Below the pieces are notes generated by a model. The model searched no databases and had not been told where the DNA came from. It saw only the letters and a list, made by a program, of their open reading frames with translations. Of a stretch of DNA of 44,745 nucleotides, positions 19,222 through 27,767 are shown one piece after another. Origin of the DNA: Gemmatimonadota bacterium. GTDB lineage: Bacteria > Gemmatimonadota > Gemmatimonadetes > Palauibacterales > KS3-K002. The DNA lies in NCBI GenBank assembly GCA_016209945.1, contig JACQVD010000009.1, positions 1 through 44,745 of the forward strand. Reading direction: 5' to 3'. The position numbers were made by a program, and so were the translations under genes. How positions within the stretch are numbered: position 1 is the stretch's first letter; every line of letters starts with the position of its first letter.

Positions 19222-20328
19222 CTAGAACACCTCCCACCAGGTGTTCTCCAGCAGCCTCAGATAGGCCAGACGCTTGCCTGCGTTCAGGACGTTGCAGGAG
19301 TGGAACTCGAACGTCTTCGTCCCCTTGAGCTCGACCTCTGCGGGATCCCCTCCCAGAAGGACGTTCAGACTCGCCGCAACAGTGCCTCTGACGGTGTTGT
19401 TGCCGTTGCTCTCGAGTGAGTCGCCCACCAGGATGATGCCGTCCCAGCGGAACGTGCCTTCCAGCTCCAGGTCGCCCGTAACGATCAGAGTCCCCCGACC
19501 TGACTGGACGGGCCCGAGTTTGATCTTGTTCTGGGTCACGCGGATCGACGGATAGAAATCGGCGGGCAGCGAAGAGAAGTTCGGCCACGCCTGCTGGGGG
19601 ATCTCGTAATCGACGGGGAACCCGCCACCGCTCAGCTCTGCCCAGGGGATATCGAGCAAGGCCGCCACGGCGTCGGCGCTTGCTTCCTCAGAAATAGGCG
19701 GATTTCCGCTCGGGACGGGCGGCCCACCGTCCTGTTGGTAGCCGGCGGGCGGAACCACGACGCCGGCCTTCGCCGGTTGACCACCCTCGGGGCAGACAGA
19801 GGTCGTAGCGGCATCGTTCCCCGCGATGACGCCCGAGGCACCTTCCTTCTCGATCCCGCCCGGCGAGACGATCGAACCGGTCACGTTCATCGCCGCGCGC
19901 CGGTACACGGCGAACTCCCGGATCGTGCGCCGCGCCGCCAAACCCGGAAGCATTGGGTCGTCCGCTGTAGCCGCCGAGGTAAGGAGGTACAGCTGGTTAG
20001 GGAAATCGAGGTCCAGGGCCTTCCGGAAGCTCACCGTGGCCTGGCCGCCCGGCATGGAGTACGTCACCGGCCCGGCAGGCAGGCTTCCCGTGTTTTCCGC
20101 GACGAAGCGCTCCAGCGCCGCCTGCGCAATGAAGAACGCGCGGCTCCCGTCCCGCTCGTTGGCGGCCAGCCGGCTCTCCGTGCCCACAACGACGAGGCCC
20201 GCCACACTCGCAATGGCAAGGGCCGCGAGCCCAAAGACCACGACCGGAAGGGCGAAGCCGCGACCTCCGCGGCCACCCCAAGCCTCGAAAGCACCCACGC
20301 GCACCCGCGACAACCTTGTACAGTTCAT
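19222..20328 (-). CDS. PilX-like type IV pilus minor pilin
   Basis: RGFALPVVV prepilin-like site lacking E5; AFFIAQAALE motif; last gene of the pilin cluster. Confidence 0.75.
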   Translation of the reverse strand: MNCTRLSRVRVGAFEAWGGRGGRGFALPVVVFGLAALAIASVAGLVVVGTESRLAANERDGSRAFFIAQAALERFVAENTGSLPAGPVTYSMPGGQATVSFRKALDLDFPNQLYLLTSAATADDPMLPGLAARRTIREFAVYRRAAMNVTGSIVSPGGIEKEGASGVIAGNDAATTSVCPEGGQPAKAGVVVPPAGYQQDGGPPVPSGNPPISEEASADAVAALLDIPWAELSGGGFPVDYEIPQQAWPNFSSLPADFYPSIRVTQNKIKLGPVQSGRGTLIVTGDLELEGTFRWDGIILVGDSLESNGNNTVRGTVAASLNVLLGGDPAEVELKGTKTFEFHSCNVLNAGKRLAYLRLLENTWWEVF

Positions 20329-20335
20329 CGCGCCT

Positions 20336-21205
20336 CTATCTCGCGTTCCGAAACGGAAACTCCACGGTGTAGCCGTACCGGTAACGAGTCGTGACGCCAC
20401 CTGACTTCGCCAACCCCGTCGCCTCTGCGACGAGCCGCACCGCGGTCACCTGCGAGAGCGAGGCGCCTGAAACGCTTTCCACGAAGGCGCCTGTGGCGAG
20501 CTGATACTCGAAATGCGCACCCGCGTCGAAGCCGGAAGCGTACTCGACGAGCGTTCCGCCGGGGGGACCGCTGAAGAGCCCGAGCGTGCCCGGCTCCAGG
20601 ACCGAGGTTGCGAATCCGTACTCCACCCGCTCGTACAGGACCACCGCCACGGGCCCGCCCGGGCCCGTCACGGCGTCCGGGTTGATCACCGACCCCACAC
20701 GTGCCAGGAGCTTGTAGTCCGAAGGAAACCCGCTGTTCACGTTCCCGCGGCTCGTGCACTCCGTGACCGAGCTCCCTCCGGAGGACACGAAGAGCTCGGA
20801 CCACGACGCCGAGGTGTACGACCACGATCCCGAGGCGGACCGCACGGCATACCCGCTCACCCGCGACCCGGGAACGGTCCCACCGTCCAGCGCGAAGTAG
20901 ATATGGGCGCGGTCGCCGCTCACCGCGCAGACGACGCCGACCGCCGTCGGGACACGCGCCAGGAAGCGATCGCGCTCCGCCAGCGTGAACGCCCCGCGCG
21001 CCACCGGACGCACCTCGGTTCCCACAAACTCGCCGGCGATCCGCACGCTCTCCTGCACGCGCCCCGCGGCCGAGGTCCCCGAGTAGAATCGGTTCTGGAC
21101 AACCATCACGGTGAACACGACGGCACCGATCGCGGTCGAGAGGACGAGCGCGATGAGGAGCTCGACCAGCGAAAAGCCCGCAGGCCGGAGAAGCCTCGTC
21201 ACCAT
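20336..21205 (-). CDS. PilW-like prepilin
   Basis: GFSLVELLIAL N-terminal cleavage/methylation motif. Confidence 0.85.
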   Translation of the reverse strand: MVTRLLRPAGFSLVELLIALVLSTAIGAVVFTVMVVQNRFYSGTSAAGRVQESVRIAGEFVGTEVRPVARGAFTLAERDRFLARVPTAVGVVCAVSGDRAHIYFALDGGTVPGSRVSGYAVRSASGSWSYTSASWSELFVSSGGSSVTECTSRGNVNSGFPSDYKLLARVGSVINPDAVTGPGGPVAVVLYERVEYGFATSVLEPGTLGLFSGPPGGTLVEYASGFDAGAHFEYQLATGAFVESVSGASLSQVTAVRLVAEATGLAKSGGVTTRYRYGYTVEFPFRNAR

Positions 21206-21585
21206 CGCTTGTGTACGTAAGAAACGAGGGCGTGGCGCGGCCCCGGCGGGACGGCGGGTGCCACGGTCACCTCGATGCGTTTGGCGCGCGCACCGGTTGG
21301 CGACACAACCACCGTGCGCACGTACGGGCGTCCCTCGATTCTCACCGTGTCGATCTGGCTTCCGACGAGGAGGGCACTGTAGGACTTCGCCTCCGCCGCC
21401 TCCAGCGCCGTCTGGGTGGCGGCGATCACGGAAGTCAGCGCACCGGCGCGTCGCAACTCCAGAGCCAGGCCACCGGTCACCCGGGCGATCGCCAGCACGC
21501 CCACCACGAGGATGATGAGCGCGGCCATCACCTCGACGAGGGTGAAGCCGCTCCGGTCGGTGACGCGGGTGGGCACGCGGCTCAC
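21199..21585 (-). CDS. PilV-like prepilin
   Basis: GFTLVEVMAALIILVVGVLAI motif. Confidence 0.85.
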   Translation of the reverse strand: MSRVPTRVTDRSGFTLVEVMAALIILVVGVLAIARVTGGLALELRRAGALTSVIAATQTALEAAEAKSYSALLVGSQIDTVRIEGRPYVRTVVVSPTGARAKRIEVTVAPAVPPGPRHALVSYVHKRW

Positions 21586-22223
21586 AGGCGCTCTATGCGA
21601 GAGCCCCCCAGCGCGTTGAACGACACGCCGAAGAGATCGCTCCCGGTCCGGAAGGTCGCGCGACCCACGGATCCCGTGGCCCCGCTGAGGTCGGCGAAGC
21701 CACGCGAGTTGAAGGCCAGGCTGTCACCCGCGAGTTCGAGGTCGAGCGCGTCGAGGCGCAGATCGGCCCCCACGGCAAAGCTCCGCCGGGCGATCTCGAC
21801 TCCCGTGCTGCTCCGCAGCACGTAGGCGAGCGAGCTCTCCTGGAAGATGATCGAAATGTTGCGGCGGGATCGGATCGCAGAGCTTCGGGCCAGAGCGAGA
21901 TCGGCCGCAAAGACCTCCGCGGCACGCTGCGCCGAGGTCTTCCGCAGATACGTGCTGTAGGCATTCAGCGCGATACTAGAGGCGATGAGGGCGATCACGA
22001 GAACCGCCATGACCTCAAGCAGGCTGAAGCCTTGCTCAGGAGCAAAACGTTTCAAAGGCAGTTCACTGACAGGACGGCCGGGGTCCTTCAGCTTAACCCT
22101 CTCCCCGGCGCCAGGGCAAGGCCCACAGACATGGGAAACGGACGTTTCCAGCCCGGCGCTTCTGTATCGCCTTGAGATCCTAGCCATCCGCCAATGCCTG
22201 CTATCGCCGCCCTCCCTCCGCAA
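21582..22223 (-). CDS. FimT/GspH-like prepilin
   Basis: GFSLLEVMAVLVI...ADLALARSSAIR...LAFNSRG; true start probably downstream of 22223. Confidence 0.8.
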   Translation of the reverse strand: MRREGGDSRHWRMARISRRYRSAGLETSVSHVCGPCPGAGERVKLKDPGRPVSELPLKRFAPEQGFSLLEVMAVLVIALIASSIALNAYSTYLRKTSAQRAAEVFAADLALARSSAIRSRRNISIIFQESSLAYVLRSSTGVEIARRSFAVGADLRLDALDLELAGDSLAFNSRGFADLSGATGSVGRATFRTGSDLFGVSFNALGGSRIERL

Positions 22224-22310
22224 GGCCGGGCAACGTAGCGAACGAGGTGCCGGAGTCTATACTTCGTGCGGGATGCACAATCCTCGTACACGTCGGAGAG
22301 GGAGACCGCA

Positions 22311-22742
22311 ATGCCCGTCAAGATCGCGAACCAGAAGAAGGTCATTGCCGCGCTCAACAAAGCTCTGGCGTGGGAGCTGCGAGCCAGCGCCATGTACGCG
22401 CACTACGCCGCCTACGTGAAGGGGCTGGAGAGCCTCCACCTCGCCCCGCTCTTCAAGAGGGAGGCGGGGGAGTCGATCGGCCACGCGGACAAGGTCCGCA
22501 CGATGATCGCGGAGCTCGGAGGCCAGGCGGTCACCGACCGCGACCCCACGCCGATCCTGCACACCGAAGATCCGCGGCAGATGGTCCAGGAGGCCCTCAA
22601 GACGGAACGCAAGGCCGCGCAACACTACTCCGCCATCGTGCCGATGGCGAAGGCCTACTACCCTCACTTCCACACGCTCGTGCACATTCAGAAGGAGGAG
22701 ATGGACGCCGTGGTCGAATTCGAAAACCTGCTCGCCGTCTGA
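22311..22742 (+). CDS. Ferritin-like (bacterioferritin-like) protein
   Basis: LNKALAWE...ESIGHAD...LGG...E...EE four-helix diiron pattern; GGAG RBS. Confidence 0.85.
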   Translation: MPVKIANQKKVIAALNKALAWELRASAMYAHYAAYVKGLESLHLAPLFKREAGESIGHADKVRTMIAELGGQAVTDRDPTPILHTEDPRQMVQEALKTERKAAQHYSAIVPMAKAYYPHFHTLVHIQKEEMDAVVEFENLLAV

Positions 22743-22809
22743 CCGGCCCCGGCGGACATCTTTGGGCCGCCCCCGCGCGCGAGTCGTCCCGCCTCGGAGC
22801 GCCCGCGCC

Positions 22810-23907
22810 CTACGCGAGGAACCTCGACCTCCTGGCGCGCGTCCCCCGGAGGGCCGCCTGCACCATCATGAACTCGCCGACGTTCTCCATCGTGAGAAGC
22901 CCGAGGAGCCGGCCGCCGTAGACGACCGGGAGCATCGGGATCCCCGAGGCCTGCATCCTGGCGAGCACGCGATCCAGCATCTCGAAGGGGCCCACGGTCT
23001 CGACATCGGCGCGCATGATCTCGCGAACGAAGGCCTTGGGCCCGCGCTCGGCCAACACACGCAGGAGATCCGAGCGGGTCACGATCCCCACGACCCGGTC
23101 GGCCTCCACCACGGGGAAATCCTGCTGTGACCCGCTGAGAAGCCGCTCCACCGCCACCCCGACGGGATCCGACGGCGAGAGACTGCGGAACTCGGTGACC
23201 ATGGCGCTCTGCACCGGGACGTTCTGGAAGGCGGCCCGCATCTGAGCGAGCGACGCCTCCTGCTCCGCGCCCATGTAGACGAAGAGCGCGATGAAGAGGA
23301 GGAGCGGGTTCCCGAAGAGGCCCCAGAGCCCAAAGAGGAGCGCCATCCCCTGCCCCACGCGCGCGGCGATCTGCGTCGCCCGGAGGAAGCCGATCCGCTG
23401 CGCCAAGAGCGCCCGCAGCACGCGGCCCCCGTCCATGGGGAAGGCCGGGAGGAGGTTGAAGGCCACGAGGAAGACGTTCGTGAGCCAGAGGCGGAGCAGG
23501 AACGGGCCCGTGAGCGCACTCACCCCCTCCAGGCGCCCGAAGTCGCCCTGCGCCCGGATCACCGCATAGAGCGCGCCGGCGATGAGCACGTTGACCAGGG
23601 GGCCCGCGATCGCGACCAGGAACTCCTGCCGCGGCTTCTCCGGCATACGCTCGAGACGCGCGACGCCGCCGATCGGGAGGAGCGTGATGTCCTGCACCCG
23701 AATCCCGAAGCGCTGGGCGACCAGGCTGTGCCCCAACTCGTGCAGCACCACGCAGGCGAAGACCACGCTGATGAAGAGGATGTTCATCGGGATGGACGCG
23801 CCTACGCTCGCGCTCGCGAACCCGATCCAGATAAAGAGGAGAAAGAAAGTCAGGTGAACGCGGATGGGAATTCCGCTCACCTCGAGGATCTTGAGCGACC
23901 ACCTCAT
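22810..23907 (-). CDS. Site-2 protease (M50) with tandem CBS domains
   Basis: HELGH, AGPLVN, NLLPAFPMDGGR; C-terminal CBS pair. Confidence 0.93.
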   Translation of the reverse strand: MRWSLKILEVSGIPIRVHLTFFLLFIWIGFASASVGASIPMNILFISVVFACVVLHELGHSLVAQRFGIRVQDITLLPIGGVARLERMPEKPRQEFLVAIAGPLVNVLIAGALYAVIRAQGDFGRLEGVSALTGPFLLRLWLTNVFLVAFNLLPAFPMDGGRVLRALLAQRIGFLRATQIAARVGQGMALLFGLWGLFGNPLLLFIALFVYMGAEQEASLAQMRAAFQNVPVQSAMVTEFRSLSPSDPVGVAVERLLSGSQQDFPVVEADRVVGIVTRSDLLRVLAERGPKAFVREIMRADVETVGPFEMLDRVLARMQASGIPMLPVVYGGRLLGLLTMENVGEFMMVQAALRGTRARRSRFLA

Positions 23908-24029
23908 CGTCTCGCTCTCGTCCGTGAAGTCGTGCCGCCCGCCGGGGGCGCTTCCTGGGCCATCGTCCGTCACCAGTTTAGGGCGTACCGGGGAGCAGGG
24001 CGAGCCTTCCAGCGAGGGCGGCAAGGGCC

Positions 24030-24228
24030 AAAAAAACGCGCCGGGAGTCACCAGCGTCCGCCTTCGATCTTTTTCCCTAGGGACTTCCTCCCCAGACCCG
24101 AAGGTCCAGGTTTACATCCCTTGGGCTTCCGGTCCCTGTACGCGCCTGCCCGAGAGCAGGCGGACGTCCGAGACCTTCGATCTAGCGCCCCGAAGGACGC
24201 ACGACGGAACTCGTAACTCCCGGCGCGC
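24030..24228 (-). ncRNA. Candidate structured ~200-nt non-coding RNA of unrecognised family
   Basis: Own promoter; 5' and 3' ends form a 15-bp helix extended by further pairs; two UUCG hairpins with G-U pairs; U7 tail; no credible ORF. Confidence 0.7.
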
Positions 24229-24232
24229 TCTC

Positions 24233-24261
24233 ACTATAAGGGCCGGTCCGCGCACGCGCAA
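24233..24261 (-). promoter_or_regulatory. Sigma70-type promoter of the candidate ncRNA
   Basis: TTGCGC-N17-TATAGT; predicted +1 at ~24226-24228 coincides with the first paired base. Confidence 0.7.
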
Positions 24262-24513
24262 GAGTTTCCATCACTTTGTCAAAAACTCGCCGCGATCTTC
24301 TGCACGCATCCTCTGCAAGGTCGCGTGATCGCCGCATCGATCTCAAACGAATTCTCGACGAAGTGTGTAACTCGTGCCGCCACAACGCGGCGGCGGCTTT
24401 TCCCCGCGACCTGCCAGGATGCCAACAGGCAGTCCACACGAACGGCCGGGCATCTGTTGAAGAATTGTTCGAAAAGAAGGCTCCTTCTCCGCGCGGTGAG
24501 ACCCGTGGGGCGC

Positions 24514-24560
24514 AAAAAACAGAAACGCCAGGCGCCCCGATGCCGATGAGACGCCCGACG
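24514..24560 (-). terminator. Terminator downstream of the HU gene
   Basis: 13-bp GC/GU stem cgtcgggcgtctc/ggggcgcctggcg followed by tttctgtttttt. Confidence 0.6.
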
Positions 24561-24600
24561 AAATGAAAGACGACAGCGGTGCGGTGCGAAGCGGACCCGG

Positions 24601-24888
24601 CTAGTGGGCCACGCTATCCTTCAGCGGCCTCCCTGCCCTGAAGACCGGCGCCACCGTGGCTGGGAGGTAGATCGTCTCACCCGTCCGGGGGTTCCGTGCC
24701 GTGCGGGGCCCGCGCTTTCGTGTCTCGAAACTGCCGAAGCCCGTGATCTGAACCTTCTCCCCGCGCTTCAGGGTCGTGGCGACCAGCCCCTTCTCTACGT
24801 TGAAGAGGGCTTCCACCACTCGGGACGCGTGCGCCTTGGAGAGGTTCACGCGCTCGGCGAGCATCTCCACCAGGTCTCCCTTGTTCAT
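24601..24888 (-). CDS. hup: HU-family DNA-binding protein
   Basis: MNKGDLV...GEKVQITGFGSF...ARNPRTGE...PVFRAG; GGAGG RBS. Confidence 0.95.
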   Translation of the reverse strand: MNKGDLVEMLAERVNLSKAHASRVVEALFNVEKGLVATTLKRGEKVQITGFGSFETRKRGPRTARNPRTGETIYLPATVAPVFRAGRPLKDSVAH

Positions 24889-24913
24889 GGGGCTCCTCCC
24901 GTTCGAGGACCGA

Positions 24914-27472
24914 TCACCCGCACTCGCTGTAGCCACACACGTGGCACTTCAGACACCCCTCGGCAAACTCCAGCTGCATCCCGCACTCCGGGCACATGTC
25001 GATGAACGCCGCCACGTCCTGCCCGTTGAACACTCTCGCAGCAGGCCTCACGTCGATGTGGGCCGCCTCGGCCGCCTGCTGGCCGCCGTTTGGCTTGCGA
25101 GGGTCTGCGGGGTCCGGCAGCGGGAGCACCTGTTGCTCCCCCTCCTTCTCCCTCAGATACTCCTCGATCGCCTGGGCGATGGCGTCGGGCATCGACAGCA
25201 CCTTCTTCTCGCCGAACCCGACGGCGCGATCGCACGAGATGCCGCGGAGCTGCTGCCACACCTCCCGGATCGGCACGCCGCTCCGCAGCGCCAGAGAGAT
25301 GAGCCGGCCGATCGCTTCCGCGTCCGCCACGGCAGCTCCCCCCGCCTTACCAAGGGCGGCGAAAAGTTCGAAAGGCCGGCCCTGATTGTCCTCGTTGATC
25401 GTCACGTACATGGTGCCCAGGGGCGACACCGTCTTCCGCGTGATCCCCCGGAGCACCGGCGGCCGCTCGCGAACGAACGGGCGGTTCACGTAGCCCGACT
25501 GCAGACGGGCCACCTCCCGGCGAAGCTCCTCGTTCTCCGCTTCGAGACGAGCCCCCTCGTCGTCGGCACCAGTGGCGGGTGAGGCGGACGCACCGCCCTC
25601 TTCTCCCCCCGACATCCCGGCCGCCTCACCCGATGCCGAGGCTCCGCGCGCCTCCACCATCACCCTCTTCGCCGTCTTCCCGGTCGAGAGCACCTGCGCC
25701 GCCCGCGAGCCATCCCGGTAGACCGTGACACCCTTGCACCCGAGTCCGTACGCGAGCCAGTAGATCTGGCGCACATCCTCCTCGGTGGCGTCCGCCGAGA
25801 AGTTGGATGTCTTCGAGATCGCCGAATCCACGTGCGCCTGAAACGCCGCCTGCATCCGCACGTGCTGCTCGGGCGTCACCTCGTGGGCCGTCACGAAGAT
25901 GCGCTGCACCTCCTCCGGCACCTCGGGGAAGTGGATGTGACCCTCCTCGGCGATCCGGCGCACGAGCTCGTCCGAGCACCACCCCTCGCGGCGCGCGCGC
26001 GCCACGAAGTCGGTATTCACGTCGGGCATGAGCACACCCGCCTGGTTGCGCATGAACGCCACCGCGAACAGCGGCTCGATCCCGGAGGAGCAGCCCGCGA
26101 GGATGGAGATCGTGCCCGTCGGGGCGACCGTCGTGAGGTTGCAGTTGCGGAGCCGGCGCATCGGCCGGATGCGCGTCCCATCGGCGTCGCGCGCGCACGT
26201 CTCGTCGGGCCCCCAGATCGAGCGCGGCCACTCGGGGAAGACGCCGCGGGCCACGGCTAGCTCTTCCGACGCCCGCTTCGCCTCCTCGTCCACGAAGTGC
26301 ATGACCTCCTCGGCCAGCTCGACCGACTCCTCCGACCCGTAGGGGATCTCGAGACGCACGAGCATGTCCGCCCACCCCATGACGCCCAGCCCGATCCGGC
26401 GGATCCGCTGGGCGAGGCTCTCGATCTCCTCGAGCGGGTAGTGGTTCGCGTCGATGACGTTGTCGAGGAAGCGGGTGCAGGCGTGCACACATTCGCGCAC
26501 GCCTTCCCAGTCGATCCCGCCGCCACGCGCGAAGGGCGCCACATTGATCGACCCCAAATTGCACACGTCGTACGGCAGGAGCGGCTGTTCGCCGCACGGG
26601 TTCGTCGCCTCGTAGGAGCCGAGGTGCGGCACGGGGTTGTAGCGGTTCGCCCGATCGACGAAGAAGACGCCCGGCTCACCGTTCCGCCAAGCGCCGCGCA
26701 CGATCCGGTCGAAGACCTCTCGGGCCCCGAGCCTCCTCGCGACCTCGCCCGAGCGGGGGTTGACGAGCTCGTATTCGTCGTCGCGCTCCACGGCGCGCAG
26801 GAAGGCGTCCGTGAGAGCGACCGAGATGTTGAAGTTCGTGATCTTCCGGTTGTCCCTCTTCGCGTCGATGAATTCCAGGATGTCCGGGTGATCCACCCGC
26901 AGGATCCCCATGTTGGCCCCGCGCCGGGTCCCGCCCTGCTTCACCGCCTCGGTGGAGGCATCGTACACCTCCATGAAGGACACGGGACCCGAAGCGACGC
27001 CCATCGTGGACCGCACCACATCGCCCCTCGGGCGAAGCCGGCTGAACGCGAACCCGGTGCCCCCGCCAGACTGATGGATGAGAGCCATGTGCTTGAGCGT
27101 CGTGTAGATCCCCTCGAGCGAGTCGTGGACGGGGAGCACGAAGCACGCCGAGAGCTGGCCCAGGGGCCGGCCCGCGTTCATGAGCGTCGGGGAGTTCGGC
27201 AGGAACTGGCGGTCCGCCATGAGGTGGTAGAAGCGGATGGCCGTCTCCATCGCCTCGTCCACCGTGGCGCCGTACGCGAGGTCGGGCGCCGCCATGACGC
27301 GGGCGACGCGCCAGAAGAGCTGCCGCGGGGTCTCCACCGGCCGGCCGTTCTCGTCCTTCACGAGGTACCGCCGTTCGAGCACGGTGAGCGCGTTCTCGCT
27401 CAGGTCGGGATCGGGGAGATAGCCGGGGACCTCCACCGTCAAGGTCCGCAAGGTTTCAATTGTCGCTGGCAT
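24914..27472 (-). CDS. nrdJ: Class II (B12-dependent) ribonucleotide reductase with C-terminal TSCPD-like and Zn-ribbon domains
   Basis: PNSPTLMNAG, LSACFV, ATNPCGEQ, APTGTIS, KGVTVYRDGSR; ends CPECG...EGCLKCHVCGYSECG. Confidence 0.95.
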   Translation of the reverse strand: MPATIETLRTLTVEVPGYLPDPDLSENALTVLERRYLVKDENGRPVETPRQLFWRVARVMAAPDLAYGATVDEAMETAIRFYHLMADRQFLPNSPTLMNAGRPLGQLSACFVLPVHDSLEGIYTTLKHMALIHQSGGGTGFAFSRLRPRGDVVRSTMGVASGPVSFMEVYDASTEAVKQGGTRRGANMGILRVDHPDILEFIDAKRDNRKITNFNISVALTDAFLRAVERDDEYELVNPRSGEVARRLGAREVFDRIVRGAWRNGEPGVFFVDRANRYNPVPHLGSYEATNPCGEQPLLPYDVCNLGSINVAPFARGGGIDWEGVRECVHACTRFLDNVIDANHYPLEEIESLAQRIRRIGLGVMGWADMLVRLEIPYGSEESVELAEEVMHFVDEEAKRASEELAVARGVFPEWPRSIWGPDETCARDADGTRIRPMRRLRNCNLTTVAPTGTISILAGCSSGIEPLFAVAFMRNQAGVLMPDVNTDFVARARREGWCSDELVRRIAEEGHIHFPEVPEEVQRIFVTAHEVTPEQHVRMQAAFQAHVDSAISKTSNFSADATEEDVRQIYWLAYGLGCKGVTVYRDGSRAAQVLSTGKTAKRVMVEARGASASGEAAGMSGGEEGGASASPATGADDEGARLEAENEELRREVARLQSGYVNRPFVRERPPVLRGITRKTVSPLGTMYVTINEDNQGRPFELFAALGKAGGAAVADAEAIGRLISLALRSGVPIREVWQQLRGISCDRAVGFGEKKVLSMPDAIAQAIEEYLREKEGEQQVLPLPDPADPRKPNGGQQAAEAAHIDVRPAARVFNGQDVAAFIDMCPECGMQLEFAEGCLKCHVCGYSECG

Positions 27473-27637
27473 GCGTCCCCTACATCAAACCAGGTTGGAT
27501 CTCCGCGGAGTGAGGCCGCCGCTCTTGAGTTTGTGGACCTCGCCCGGGGAGGCCGACCCCGGGCATCGGAAGCCGCGCCCCCAGCGGGGTCAGGGACGAC
27601 CTTGGCACCCCCGGCTGGGCGGGCCGGACCCCTCCGG

Positions 27638-27684
27638 GCCCAACGTATAGTACTCCGCCAATGTAACGACCCGAGATGTTGGGG
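27638..27684. promoter_or_regulatory. Tandem NrdR boxes
   Basis: gcccaacgtatagtac (27638-27653) and acccgagatgttgggg (27669-27684), 31 bp apart, resembling acaCwAtATaTwGtg. Confidence 0.75.
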
Positions 27685-27688
27685 TCAA
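27660..27688 (-). promoter_or_regulatory. Sigma70 promoter of nrdJ
   Basis: TTGACC-N17-TACATT overlapping the upstream NrdR box. Confidence 0.7.
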
Positions 27689-27767
27689 GTGGCAAAGCCC
27701 GTGGACAAAGGGCTTAAAAGGAGGGTTCGCCCGGCGGATGGACGGTGCAAGGCCCCGCTCGCGCGCC

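Noticed and set aside
23908-24051. N-terminal extension of the M50 protease ORF
   Set aside because: Family similarity starts at MRWSLKI (23907); the extension runs through the ncRNA 3' end and U-tract
24075-24100. GGGGAGGAAGUCC resembles the RNase P motif GAGGAAAGUCC
   Set aside because: One A short, the other universal RNase P regions are absent, and the RNA is too short
24030-24228. Canonical 6S RNA (similar length, paired ends)
   Set aside because: The hand fold is multi-branched with UUCG hairpins rather than a rod with a central bubble; a divergent 6S cannot be excluded without cmscan
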